64,000 bases of DNA from Candidatus Hodarchaeota archaeon (GCA_016840035.1 JAEOTC010000086.1:32001-96000); one strand, 5' to 3'; counted from the stretch's first letter, positions 1-10,533 are shown. Translations and numbers: made by a program. Notes: a model not told the origin generated them from the sequence alone.

Positions 1-73
1 CTGAAACGCCAAGATAATTCCCATCGTTTAATAAACAATTTTATTGCGATTGGAAAATTTATCATATTCACCG

Positions 74-424
74 TTATCTGACAGGTGACACTCTAACAGC
101 TGTACCATATGCAATAGTTGCTGTATTTCCACCTTGACCGATTTGATCGCTATCAAACTTTAATCCAATAATTGCATTTGCACCCATGCGATTGGCATCG
201 CTGAACATACGATTTATTGCTTGATTTCTCGCTTCGAGAGCCATTTCCGTAAAAGCAGTTACTTCTCCACCACAGGAGGACTGACAACCCGCTAAACAGT
301 CTCCTCCCATTCCACGACTTCTCACTGTTGCACCAAATGCTAATCCTAAATATTGATCGATTTTATATCCTGGAATCTCATCAGTTGTACTGACTAGAAT
401 CCTTTCTTGCTGTTGATATGCCAT
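74..424 (-). CDS. YbjQ/UPF0145 family protein
   Basis: STTDEIPGY, GGEVTAF, ARNQAINRM..A..MGANAIIG, AYGTAV motifs. Confidence 0.9.
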   Translation of the reverse strand: MAYQQQERILVSTTDEIPGYKIDQYLGLAFGATVRSRGMGGDCLAGCQSSCGGEVTAFTEMALEARNQAINRMFSDANRMGANAIIGLKFDSDQIGQGGNTATIAYGTAVRVSPVR

Positions 425-603
425 TGGAGTTCACAAAGGTCACAATTTTTGAAATTATAAATAATTTCGGATTCCAGATCCTAGAAGTACAGCTTTTTCG
501 GGGATATCTGAAAGGAAAAAGATCTTCATGAATTTCGATAAACATTTGAATCATGAGTTATTTCATTGAGGCTAGTTCACTAGAAGAAATCTAGTTTTGT
601 GAT

Positions 604-1218
604 GTGACCAAAATGAATATTAAGTATAATACACGAATGGTTGTCCTTTTAGCTTTTCTTATTGGAGTAACCATTTCATCTATGGTTCTTATTGGGTTTG
701 GACAATATGTTAATGCCTCTACAACCAAAACTCAATATCCCAGCTATAGTTCAGTTTCTATGAATCTGTTTGTTGAAGGGATTGATGGTGAGTCAATTAT
801 TGCGGGTCGAGAAAAGTCAATAACTGTTCTAGGTTATTCTCATAGTATTAGTAATCCATATGATTTGTTTACTGGAGATCTTACAAGCAAACAACATTCC
901 CCTCTCCGCGTAATGAAGCTAATTGACAAATCAACTCCAAAACTTCAAGAAAAATGTGTTAAAAATGCCGTTATCCCTACTGTAACTTTACGGTTTTATT
1001 TTGAACCTGCTGGATTAAATTTCTACACGATTGAATTAACTAATGCCAAAGTAACATCCTTCCAGGGATTTGGTACGATATCTGCTGATGAAATACCGAG
1101 AGAAACTGTTTCTTTCACCTATGAATCCATTAAATGGACTTATACCGAATATGATGATGCAGGGAATCCCAAAGGAAATGTTGAAGCTGAAGACAATTGG
1201 ACTGATCAGCCAAATTAG
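604..1218 (+). CDS. hcp: Hcp1/TssD-like tube protein with N-terminal signal/TM segment (start may be ATG 613)
   Basis: GIDGES, QHSPLRVMKLIDKSTPKL, FYTIELTNAKVTS, ETVSFTYESIKWTY are Hcp motifs; hydrophobic N-terminus ending VNA. Confidence 0.85.
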   Translation: MTKMNIKYNTRMVVLLAFLIGVTISSMVLIGFGQYVNASTTKTQYPSYSSVSMNLFVEGIDGESIIAGREKSITVLGYSHSISNPYDLFTGDLTSKQHSPLRVMKLIDKSTPKLQEKCVKNAVIPTVTLRFYFEPAGLNFYTIELTNAKVTSFQGFGTISADEIPRETVSFTYESIKWTYTEYDDAGNPKGNVEAEDNWTDQPN

Positions 1219-1229
1219 GTTGAGTAATC

Positions 1230-1892
1230 ATGAAAATGAAGAATAAGCAGGTATTAACACTCACTTGCCTTCTTTTTGTCTCATCTTCCCTTTTGACTCT
1301 TACAAATGCCCATATAGTTTCATCTGCTGTTTCTATCCTAGAAGTAACTCAGAATGGTTCAAATATCATTATCACTCTTGATTTTAATCTTTCTATTCCA
1401 CCAGATAGAGGAGAAACAAAATCTTTAGTGGTTTTAATACTGTGTCCTCTTATTCCAGAAGAAACAAATAGTTATAGTGGAGCTATGTTGTTTTTTCGTT
1501 CTCCAGATGGAGATAATCGATTATTTTGGATGTTAGGAGACCCTTTTTCCTTTGAAACCATATGGAATTCGGGGAGTAATCCAGAACACTTCAGAATCGA
1601 TCAGAATCAACTTCTATTGGTATTTATAGAAAATATGCAAACCTCACATTCCAACCTTGAGGTTCAAGTTTTTGCTAAATATCAAGAAATTGAACCAATT
1701 TCTGATTATTCAAGCGATTTTCAACCAATTTTAACGTTGTTTCAACCTGATCTAGAATTCCAAAGATTAGAAGTTGAATTTACAAGTTTGGATCAAACCA
1801 CAACTACTACGAGTGATAAAGGATTCCCAGGCCTATTACTTCCTATAAGCATAGGAATCATCGCACTCTTAGGGATAATACGACGAAAGTAG
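1230..1892 (+). CDS. Secreted surface protein with PGF-CTERM-like sorting signal
   Basis: N-terminal signal peptide; C-terminal TTTTT linker, GFPG, TM helix, RRK. Confidence 0.7.
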   Translation: MKMKNKQVLTLTCLLFVSSSLLTLTNAHIVSSAVSILEVTQNGSNIIITLDFNLSIPPDRGETKSLVVLILCPLIPEETNSYSGAMLFFRSPDGDNRLFWMLGDPFSFETIWNSGSNPEHFRIDQNQLLLVFIENMQTSHSNLEVQVFAKYQEIEPISDYSSDFQPILTLFQPDLEFQRLEVEFTSLDQTTTTTSDKGFPGLLLPISIGIIALLGIIRRK

Positions 1893-1940
1893 TTTATAAT
1901 GAAAGTGGAAAGGAGTAAGCTACCTTATTCCTTTATTTTT

Positions 1941-4616
1941 TTACCCAATAAATTCTTTAGAGATCAACGACAATTCTAATTTAAACAGTGATCTTAATGC
2001 TGGAAATTGAGTAACCAAACTAGTAAATAATATCATCAGGAAGATGAATATGAGTGAATTCAATTCAAAAACGGTTTGAAAATAGACCATTATCGGAAAC
2101 ATCGTATTTACAATGACTTCTGTTAGTTGAAATCCAAAGGGAATTCCTAGGATCAACCCAAACAGAGTCAGAATGAGGTATTCTGATGAAAATAAGATGA
2201 TGATTTCTCTATCGGAGGATCCAAGTATCTGCATGGTAAGTAATTCTTTCTTTCTTTCGTGGATATTAAGGAAAACCGTTGTCGATATCGATAAGATCGA
2301 GATAATAATTGCTACAATTATCAGAAGCAGTATTAAAACATTAAATATTTGTAAATAAGCTTTTATTCCTTCTTGAACATTTTCTATGGTTAAAATTGAT
2401 TGAACATCATTCAAAGTATGTAGAAGATCATTAACGACCTGTGATTGGATACTTTTACCATGTGAACTAAGTTTGATGAAGATCTTAGATACCGGTGTTA
2501 GATCGATCCCTAGTTCTGTGAAAAGACTCAATCCTAATAAAGTGCTCATTTTTTCCAAGGAAACATAATTTACGGTTCCCCAAAGCTCTTTTGAGACTCC
2601 ACCTATAGAAATACGGCTATTCTTACTAAGTAATTGTGTACTTGAATTGTAATTAAAGAGATATGAGCTCTCATTAAATTGCTCTTTTAACAAGTTCAGA
2701 GTGAGGTTTTTTCCGTTCTGGAGATAAAACAAACGCAGCCAGAGCTCCTCCTCAAGACTAATAATCCTGGGGTGATTAACCACAATTTCATTTACCTCCT
2801 TCCCTTCGATACCAAGATAATTTACCAATCCTGAAGTAAGTACAATGCTCGATTCTGGATTTTCCCAACGGTCAGAAAATTTCTTATTCCAATTGAAATT
2901 ATGAGTATTAGGGGTTGTGGAATTAAATCCTATTAATACTCCTTCATTTGATTTCTTCATATCTCCAGAAAAGTATTTTACAGGAATTTCCAAAACACAG
3001 TCATAAGTTTCTATCCCATAGGTATCTTTAATTTCCTCTAACTTCCCTATCTCTTGATAGAGAGTAAGATCACCTAATTTTGGTCTTGTAAATGAGACTT
3101 CTAAATCGTAATCTCTTATTTGGCTAAATTCAGTCTCTATCGTGGAAGATGCAGAAATAATCAAGGTAAAGGATAAAAAGAGGATAATCATTGTACTGGC
3201 TGCTCCAATGATATTTGTCAAACTTCTCCAGCCATTTCTGATTGAATTTCGAATTAATAATTTCCAAACAATGTTTAAATGCAATCTATCCAATGAACTG
3301 AATTTTGCGTACTTTCCAATATTTACCATTTTATTACTGTTACTTATGGCTTCTTTTGGGTTTAATCGACTTCCAACCCAAGCAGGATAGAATCCTCCTA
3401 TAATTGAAGCAAAATAACCTAATAAACATGAGTAAATAATAGTAATCTCATCCATTTTTACAGATATATCTGGAATGGAAGAAATAGCACCGAAGAAGCT
3501 AGCTACTACTTGTGTGAATAGCACCCCTACTACAATTCCTAATAATCCTCCAATGGTTGCAATAGATAACATATAAACTGAATAATGGAACAGAATATCG
3601 TTAGGTGTGTACCCCAAGGACAAGAAAACTCCGATTTCATTTTTCTGATGGTAAATGAGTCGATTAAATGTAATAAAAATGGTAAGAATGGCTACTAGAA
3701 GCACAAGAAAGGGTAAAAACTGAGCTATTTCCTTAAATCCATTAATATTGAGTCTTATAAACCAATTAGAGATCTGATATTTTGAGGATACTGGATCAAG
3801 AAGACTAACATTCAATGATTCTGAAATCAACTCAAAATAATCTTCAATTATTTGGTTCTGCTTTTGTTCTGTTGTTTCTGACTTGAATTTCAAGAGAATA
3901 TTATTTACTTTCCCAGTTAGGTTAAACACCGTCTGGATATTGGATAGAGGCATGAAGAAGATCCCATATTGGTTTATTGGGAATATTGAGCCCCACTTAG
4001 AAGGAATAACAACCACATATTCTGGTGAAAAAGCAATTCCTCGCACACTTAGCTCTGTTCTGTCCAAAAAATTGAGATATACTGTATCATTTATTTCCAG
4101 ATTTACTCGTTTAGCAAATTGATTATTCACTATGACTTTGTTTGTATATTCATCCGTAATATTAGGATAACCGTCCGATGTACTAAACGCCTTCCCTTTT
4201 TTCAGAGATAACTGATTAATCTGTTGATCGACTGGCACACTAATATTATATCCAATAACCCTCCCTGGACCCGTAATAGGATTACTCCCCTTGGAGATGT
4301 TATAACTACTTCCCATTATCAACCGAAAATTAAACAACTGGATGGCTGGGTATTCGCTGTGAAAGTCCTCACTGAGTCGTCTCAGAAGACTTTGATTAAT
4401 CCATTGTCCCTCACTGGCTTGAATCTCAAAATCATGAAAATTTTGCTCCTTATAAAATTCCTCGTATGAGTACTCAAGAGACTGGTAACCCATCACCAGA
4501 GCGATGTACGATGCTACTCCGATAATGGTTAAAAGAAGGAGAGAAGTTACTAGTAACTTATTTTTCTTTGAATCTCGAAGGAGGATTCGGAAGAGATGTC
4601 GTGTTATAATTGGCAA
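1941..4616 (-). CDS. FtsX/MacB-like ABC transporter permease (two repeats)
   Basis: KNEIGVFLSLGY and ERKKELLTMQILG motifs, large extracytoplasmic domains, multiple TMs. Confidence 0.85.
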   Translation of the reverse strand: MPIITRHLFRILLRDSKKNKLLVTSLLLLTIIGVASYIALVMGYQSLEYSYEEFYKEQNFHDFEIQASEGQWINQSLLRRLSEDFHSEYPAIQLFNFRLIMGSSYNISKGSNPITGPGRVIGYNISVPVDQQINQLSLKKGKAFSTSDGYPNITDEYTNKVIVNNQFAKRVNLEINDTVYLNFLDRTELSVRGIAFSPEYVVVIPSKWGSIFPINQYGIFFMPLSNIQTVFNLTGKVNNILLKFKSETTEQKQNQIIEDYFELISESLNVSLLDPVSSKYQISNWFIRLNINGFKEIAQFLPFLVLLVAILTIFITFNRLIYHQKNEIGVFLSLGYTPNDILFHYSVYMLSIATIGGLLGIVVGVLFTQVVASFFGAISSIPDISVKMDEITIIYSCLLGYFASIIGGFYPAWVGSRLNPKEAISNSNKMVNIGKYAKFSSLDRLHLNIVWKLLIRNSIRNGWRSLTNIIGAASTMIILFLSFTLIISASSTIETEFSQIRDYDLEVSFTRPKLGDLTLYQEIGKLEEIKDTYGIETYDCVLEIPVKYFSGDMKKSNEGVLIGFNSTTPNTHNFNWNKKFSDRWENPESSIVLTSGLVNYLGIEGKEVNEIVVNHPRIISLEEELWLRLFYLQNGKNLTLNLLKEQFNESSYLFNYNSSTQLLSKNSRISIGGVSKELWGTVNYVSLEKMSTLLGLSLFTELGIDLTPVSKIFIKLSSHGKSIQSQVVNDLLHTLNDVQSILTIENVQEGIKAYLQIFNVLILLLIIVAIIISILSISTTVFLNIHERKKELLTMQILGSSDREIIILFSSEYLILTLFGLILGIPFGFQLTEVIVNTMFPIMVYFQTVFELNSLIFIFLMILFTSLVTQFPALRSLFKLELSLISKEFIG

Positions 4617-4751
4617 GCTCTCACCAAGATTTTCTTTGAGGAAAAACCATATAGTCTTTTTGCAGGATCTAAATTCTTACTTTAATGTATGTGTTCTTCG
4701 GAATTATCGTACTGGGATTAACATAAAAGCTGACCATTAAAGGAGAATTCG

Positions 4752-5537
4752 ATGTTAATGGAAATTTCATTGAAACTTGCGGAGAAAGGGGATGCTAATA
4801 TATTAGCATTAATTTCAAAGAAAGCTTTTGATAGTGATGCCGAAGTTGACGCTCCTGGACCGGGAGGCCCTCCAGGTTATGACTCTAGTTCCTTTCAAGA
4901 AAAAGTAATGAACTTTATGGACTACTACAATATCCTTCTAAATGATACTATTGTTGGGGGGGTTATTGTTGCTGCTAAGAATAGATTTCACCTGATACTT
5001 GAGAGAATTTTTGTTGATCCAGCTTACCATAATAGGGGAATTGCCTCTTGCGCAATGATCGAATTATGGAAAAAGTATCCCAAAGCTCAACTTTGGACAT
5101 TGGGTACCCCAGAATGGAATATTAGAACTCAACATTTTTACGAAAAGCTGGGGTTTAAACAAGTGGGTTGGGAGGTAGGTCCTTTCGATTGGCGAGGAAT
5201 ATGGTTTCAAAAGGAAATGGATCCCTCTTCTCCGTTTATTTTGCAGAAAATCAAAGAATTAAAGAATGGAATGAAAAATATTTCCGTTGAAGGTTTGGTG
5301 AAATCAATTTCTACCACTCGTGATGTAGTTTCTCGTACTACAGGAGAATCCCTTAAGGTAGCTAACGCCAAATTAATGGATAATAGTGGTGAAATTGAAT
5401 TAATTTTGTGGAATGAACAGATCTCTCAATTGAAGGTTGGTGATCGCATAAGAATTGAATTCGGATACATAAAAGATTACCAGGGGGTTAACCAGATAAA
5501 TATCGGATGGTCAGGTAAACTTATTTTGCTGGAATAA
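4752..5537 (+). CDS. GNAT acetyltransferase fused to C-terminal SSB/RPA-type OB fold
   Basis: IFVDPAYHNRGIA, FYEKLGF; C-terminal KIKELKNGMKNISVEGLV..LMDNSGEIELILWNEQ..LKVGDRIRI. Confidence 0.8.
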   Translation: MLMEISLKLAEKGDANILALISKKAFDSDAEVDAPGPGGPPGYDSSSFQEKVMNFMDYYNILLNDTIVGGVIVAAKNRFHLILERIFVDPAYHNRGIASCAMIELWKKYPKAQLWTLGTPEWNIRTQHFYEKLGFKQVGWEVGPFDWRGIWFQKEMDPSSPFILQKIKELKNGMKNISVEGLVKSISTTRDVVSRTTGESLKVANAKLMDNSGEIELILWNEQISQLKVGDRIRIEFGYIKDYQGVNQINIGWSGKLILLE

Positions 5538-5624
5538 GATCGACTCCAGATAATAAGACTTAATAGGACTCGAAATCGGTGCTCTGATGAATCTTTATTG
5601 GGTGTGAATTCTCCTTAGTTAATT

Positions 5625-6134
5625 TTGAATTATCTATCACATCTCTACATATCGAATCATTCATTTAAACTATTGAAATTAGGTCTTCCTATGGATGAAA
5701 AAATCAAGCTTCGACCTGGAACATCAGAGGATCAAGAATTTCTTTACAACCTGAAGAAAATAACCCTCAAAGAATATGTATTGCAGGTATGGGGTTGGGA
5801 TGAGGATTTTCAACGTTCTCGCCATAATGAAACGGTGGATCCTAATACTCATGAAATAATTCAATTTTCGGAGGAAGATATTGGTTGTATAAAGATTGAA
5901 GTTCGGCCAGAAACATTATTTTTAAGCGTAATAGGGATCTTACCATCTCATCAGAACCAGGGGATTGGAACAAAACTCATTTCAGATTTAATTACTCGAG
6001 GCCAGCAAGAGGAAAAAAATATTGAACTTCAAGTTTTGAAAGTGAATCGAAAGGCTCATCGACTTTATCAAAACCTAGGGTTTGTTGATTCTGGTGAGAC
6101 TGATACCCATTTTCTGATGGAATATCTTGTTTAA
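5625..6134 (+). CDS. GNAT acetyltransferase (likely start ATG ~5691)
   Basis: ILPSHQNQGIGT, NRKAHRLYQNLGF. Confidence 0.85.
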   Translation: MNYLSHLYISNHSFKLLKLGLPMDEKIKLRPGTSEDQEFLYNLKKITLKEYVLQVWGWDEDFQRSRHNETVDPNTHEIIQFSEEDIGCIKIEVRPETLFLSVIGILPSHQNQGIGTKLISDLITRGQQEEKNIELQVLKVNRKAHRLYQNLGFVDSGETDTHFLMEYLV

Positions 6135-6153
6135 AAGATCCTGAGGACTCCTC

Positions 6154-6942
6154 ATGAAAATACAGCAGATTTCCAACAAGAATATGAATATGATAGGGGA
6201 ATGCTATAATCTTACTACTTTTGATAAACTGGGTAATCTTGTGCTTACTGGAGATTTATTCCCCCCATGTCTTCCACTTACCGAAATCTACTGTGTTTTC
6301 GATAAAAATGAACTTGTCTCCTTCTTTACAGTATTCAATGGATTTGAAATTCCTTCTGTAGTTATATTGAACTCTTCAGAGAGAATTTATGATTTTATTC
6401 TGCGGAACATCTCTACTTTCCTTCCTAAGTGGTTTGTACTTGTATCTTCCACGTTATCAGAAGGAATCCTGAATAAATACCTTACGATCACTGAAAAAAG
6501 TTCTGAAATATGTATGACAACGGATCTAGATGGAGCAAGGTTTTTAGTGTCAGATCCAACGCTCATTCACGGCACTTCCAGAGAATTAAATCGGATTAAT
6601 AACTTTTATAAAGAGAATGATACCTTTCCTTGGAATCCGATACAATTGGAGAGTCAATTCTATTTTTTTAAGGAGGATAACAACCACATTATTGCCTGTG
6701 GAGGAACTCATTTTGAAACTCCAGAGGTGGCACATCTAGGAAACATTCTTGTCCTTCCAGAGTATCGTCGTAAATCGATAGGTACAAATCTTGTATCTAC
6801 TATTGGTAACAAAATTTTAAAAACTAAGAAAAGAATTTCCCTGTTTGTTGAGAGAGAAAACACTCCTGCTATTTCATTATATCAAAAATTAGGATTCTCT
6901 TCCCAAAAGGATTTCACAATCTTCTCTTGTGCCTTGGATTGA
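6154..6942 (+). CDS. GNAT acetyltransferase (C-terminal FR47-like domain)
   Basis: VLPEYRRKSIGT, NTPAISLYQKLGF. Confidence 0.85.
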   Translation: MKIQQISNKNMNMIGECYNLTTFDKLGNLVLTGDLFPPCLPLTEIYCVFDKNELVSFFTVFNGFEIPSVVILNSSERIYDFILRNISTFLPKWFVLVSSTLSEGILNKYLTITEKSSEICMTTDLDGARFLVSDPTLIHGTSRELNRINNFYKENDTFPWNPIQLESQFYFFKEDNNHIIACGGTHFETPEVAHLGNILVLPEYRRKSIGTNLVSTIGNKILKTKKRISLFVERENTPAISLYQKLGFSSQKDFTIFSCALD

Positions 6943-7773
6943 GCTGTGATAAATTGATTTTTTCTAACTCTTTGGATAGAGATGGGATAAATGTATTTTT
7001 CCTTTGTTTCTTGGTAAAACGAATAATTTCGATCCGTGTTTCACCGATGAAAATTGGTGCTTGAGGTGCACAATAATTTTCAGATTAATGAGATCAAGAT
7101 TTTACGGGCCCATTGATTTTTCACCCCACCATGTCCATTGGAAGACTGCATTGCCCAGTTTTCTCAACAGAGGTGAGTGAAAATGACAACAATGGTATCT
7201 AGGCCATTTTTCTTCTGACTACAGTGCCTTTTGCTCCGTGTTACATGGATAATTTCTGATAATCTCAAAGAAATTAGTTCTCTTATCTGCAGGCTTGGGG
7301 CAATGTGAAAGTCTACAGAGAGATCAGGGACAAAATAAATTCGAGAGGATACTCTGTATGTCGTGATCCAAGTTATTCATTTTTGGATTTTCCCTAAAAG
7401 CTACGGAGAAGTGAGATAATTCGAGTTAGATTTATATCGTTGCATAAAAGGGTATGAATATAGAAATATATTGATAGATTGTAGATTTTTTCCCTTTGAA
7501 AAGGACTTAGAAGCAGGTTTATTAAATAGTCTGGTGGTAGTTTTGGATTTAAGGAATACTTTGTCAGTTTTTCGTTTTTTCTCTTTTGTTCTTCTTATTC
7601 TTATGTTGGCTTTCTTTACCTCCACGTAGTTATGGTCCAAAGCTGTATATATACTTATCCTTCTTGGTTTCCTGATTCGGAATCTCATCTCTGAATGTAT
7701 AGAAAAATCCACTTGAATCGTTCTTCCTAACTGTCATAATATTTTTATCAATAGACTATTCTGCTGGATTAAG

Positions 7774-8796
7774 ATGGAAATCGAGAAGGATTTTGAACAA
7801 GAAATTATTGATTGCCTAGACTCTGTTTTTTCTCCCTCCTATAGTGCCAAGGTTGGTGACTTCCAAAAACTTGAGGGTGCAGATACAGAAACGTTCAGTT
7901 TTACTTACTTTGTGAGGGATAAAACAACTCCTCTAATTCTTCGTCTCTACAGGAAGATCTCCAATCGTTCTGAAAGAGAATTTCGGACACTAGAAATGCT
8001 TTCAAAAGTAGGTTTATCTGTTCCAAAGCCTTATCTTTGGAAAAAACAATCACGTGTTATCTCTCGCAGTTTCTTAATAATGGAGAAAATCCCGGGGGAG
8101 TTACTTGCAGATTACATCTTTAGATCAATTTCCACTTTTCAGAGAATGCATGGTTTTCACCAATTCATTCAGCAACTGGTAGATATACATTCTTTTGATT
8201 GGAAACTAAACTTAGATAGTGGATTCCATATAAACAAGCCAGATATTGAATCTAATCCATATATTTATACAGAAAATCTCATCCGATTCCCTAAAGAGAT
8301 GATATTTCAACATAATATCAATGATTTAAAGCCTCTTGTAAAGTGGTGTGAAGCTAACAAAGTTAAAACTGAGAATTTGTCTCTTTTACATGGTGATTAT
8401 CACATGAATAACATCATAATTACACCCAAGAAGAAACTTGTGGTGATTGACTGGGCTGATATTAAACTAGGTGATTTTCGTCACGATCTTGCTTTCGCTA
8501 TTGTGGCTACTTCATCTGCGGGAGAAGATGTTCTAGATACATTTACAAGCCTATATCAAGAATTTTCAAGATTACAAGTTACAGATATTGAGTTTTTTAT
8601 GGTTTTATCCGTTTTGCATAACCTTTTACGTTGTTATAGTGCCTTGGTCCATCCCCATATCACTGGTGAGACCGAACTTACAAAAAAGATGTTTTTTGAC
8701 ACTTATCATACATATACAACCTATTTAACAACCATAGTTAAACAAATTACTGGCATTCAGTTGTCAGTGCTTGAGAAAGCACTTAAAAAAAGGTGA
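7774..8796 (+). CDS. APH/choline-kinase-like phosphotransferase
   Basis: LLHGDYHMNNI, VIDW, GDFRHDLA. Confidence 0.85.
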   Translation: MEIEKDFEQEIIDCLDSVFSPSYSAKVGDFQKLEGADTETFSFTYFVRDKTTPLILRLYRKISNRSEREFRTLEMLSKVGLSVPKPYLWKKQSRVISRSFLIMEKIPGELLADYIFRSISTFQRMHGFHQFIQQLVDIHSFDWKLNLDSGFHINKPDIESNPYIYTENLIRFPKEMIFQHNINDLKPLVKWCEANKVKTENLSLLHGDYHMNNIIITPKKKLVVIDWADIKLGDFRHDLAFAIVATSSAGEDVLDTFTSLYQEFSRLQVTDIEFFMVLSVLHNLLRCYSALVHPHITGETELTKKMFFDTYHTYTTYLTTIVKQITGIQLSVLEKALKKR

Positions 8797-9824
8797 TAAA
8801 AGAAAAATCAATTCACTATAATAATTGGAATAATACTTGGAGTGATTATGTGACAAAGTTCGAACCAGAAATGCTTCTCAAATCTTCTGCATACAATCAT
8901 TCCGCAGAAACCATCAAATTGAGAGATACACCCTTCTCATGGGTGTTTCTTTGTGGGGATTTTGCATATAAGGTCAAGAAACCAGTCAAATTCGGTGATA
9001 TATTAGATTTCTCTTCTCTTGAGTTACGAAGGGAGTTCTGTGAACAAGAAATTATATTAAATTCAAGATTTTCTCCAGATTTATATATTGATACGTTTAC
9101 CATAAACAAGAAAGGTAAAATCAATGGGGAAGGGGCAATCATTGAATATGGAGTGAAAATGAAGCGTTTACCAGAGGATTATCTGTTAGTAAATCTTATC
9201 AAAAGCAAGAGAGTAAGTTCTGAATCAATAAAAGCGATCGCGAAATTTCTTGCTGATTTTCATGACAGAACACAAAAAATTCCTGAATATGGTGATTTGA
9301 AATATATTGGAGAGAAATGGGATGAAAATTTTCGTACTTCGGTTACTTTTCATACCATTGATGATTCATTTCGTGAGAAAATCACCTGCTTTCTTCGAGG
9401 GAATCGGGGTTTATTCCGGGAGCGAATTAATGAGAATCGGATAACTGATAATCATGGAGATTTCCAAGCTCGAAATATTTTTGTTTGTCCTAATCATAAG
9501 GTAGTGACCTTCGATTGTATCGAATTTAACCCCTTACTTCGTTATGGTGATGTAGCTGAGGATGTTGGTTTTTTAGCGATGGATCTAGATTTTTTAGGGG
9601 CAAAAGATCTCTCGGAATATTTCGTTGAGATGTATATTGACTTTAGCGATGATTTTCTACTACAAGAAAATATAGATTTCTTTAAATGCTACCGAGCCTT
9701 TGTCCGTGGTAAAGTATACGGTTTTCAAGCAAAAATTGAAGCAGATCTTGGAAAGAAAGAGCTCAACACAACTCTTTCGAAAAAGTACTTTGAACTCGCT
9801 ACAGAATACTCAAATAATTGGTAA
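8793..9824 (+). CDS. COG2187-type APH-like phosphotransferase lacking the C-terminal P-loop domain
   Basis: AYKVKKPV, LDFSSLELR..CEQE..LN, HGDF, FDCIEFN, DVAED. Confidence 0.8.
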   Translation: MIKEKSIHYNNWNNTWSDYVTKFEPEMLLKSSAYNHSAETIKLRDTPFSWVFLCGDFAYKVKKPVKFGDILDFSSLELRREFCEQEIILNSRFSPDLYIDTFTINKKGKINGEGAIIEYGVKMKRLPEDYLLVNLIKSKRVSSESIKAIAKFLADFHDRTQKIPEYGDLKYIGEKWDENFRTSVTFHTIDDSFREKITCFLRGNRGLFRERINENRITDNHGDFQARNIFVCPNHKVVTFDCIEFNPLLRYGDVAEDVGFLAMDLDFLGAKDLSEYFVEMYIDFSDDFLLQENIDFFKCYRAFVRGKVYGFQAKIEADLGKKELNTTLSKKYFELATEYSNNW

Positions 9825-9877
9825 ACTGTTGAAGAGAATCTTGTATTGGAAAAAAGAAAGGAGGAGAGTCGGATTTT

Positions 9878-10387
9878 CTAATGAATAATACACTGAGCAA
9901 AATATTCTGATCCAATAAATCCCTCGGTATAACCCTTGATTTGCATTCCCTGGAATCCATCACCGCCCTTGCAGACAAACATTCCTGTTACATAGGATTC
10001 TTTGATTTTTATTACTAATAAACCTTCAAAGCTTACATATTCTCCATTATACCAGCCTTTGAAGCTAAAAGCACCCCAACCCACGCTATTCATTGTTGTG
10101 GAAGCCCAAAGATCATCAAAAAGATTTAGATTTCCTACATAGGAGATAGACCCGTAAAAATCTGCCGAATCACTCCAAGCGTCACCAACATGCCCAACAT
10201 TTCGGAGATGCCAAACGTTTCCTGAATTCCATGGTTCGGGATTACCCAAATCTGTCGGAACATTCGTGTACATGAATGTAATTGTTGTACGTGATGATTT
10301 TCCTTGCACAATCATCGTCCCTATGAAGAAAGTACTTATTAAAAGAGATAGACTTGCGATAGTGATTAGTTTTTCCATTTTTTTCAT
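9878..10387 (-). CDS. Secreted beta-rich hypothetical protein
   Basis: N-terminal signal peptide; Gly/aromatic-rich strands. Confidence 0.6.
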   Translation of the reverse strand: MKKMEKLITIASLSLLISTFFIGTMIVQGKSSRTTITFMYTNVPTDLGNPEPWNSGNVWHLRNVGHVGDAWSDSADFYGSISYVGNLNLFDDLWASTTMNSVGWGAFSFKGWYNGEYVSFEGLLVIKIKESYVTGMFVCKGGDGFQGMQIKGYTEGFIGSEYFAQCIIH

Positions 10388-10486
10388 TTTTATTTCCTCT
10401 GTACGTATAGTTCTTCTTTTTAAACCCTATACATATTCATATAGATGAAATAAAGCCCGATATAAACGTTCCTATGATTTTTTGCT

Positions 10487-10533
10487 GTTCTAACGTTAAT
10501 ACATGAAGAATCTAACCGTTCTAAGGTTAGTAC
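10487..10533. promoter_or_regulatory. Two copies of a 16-bp imperfect palindrome (putative operator)
   Basis: GTTCTAACGTTAATAC 10487-10502 and GTTCTAAGGTTAGTAC 10518-10533. Confidence 0.6.

Noticed and set aside
604-4616. Complete type VI secretion or eCIS locus
   Set aside because: Only Hcp is present; no sheath, VgrG, PAAR or baseplate genes in the window
7066-7338. Plus-strand frame with several in-frame TGA codons (selenoprotein or recoding?)
   Set aside because: No recognisable protein or SECIS, and other genes in the window end normally at TGA
7401-7712. 103-aa K/R-rich ORF
   Set aside because: Low-complexity translation with no family motif; probably spurious
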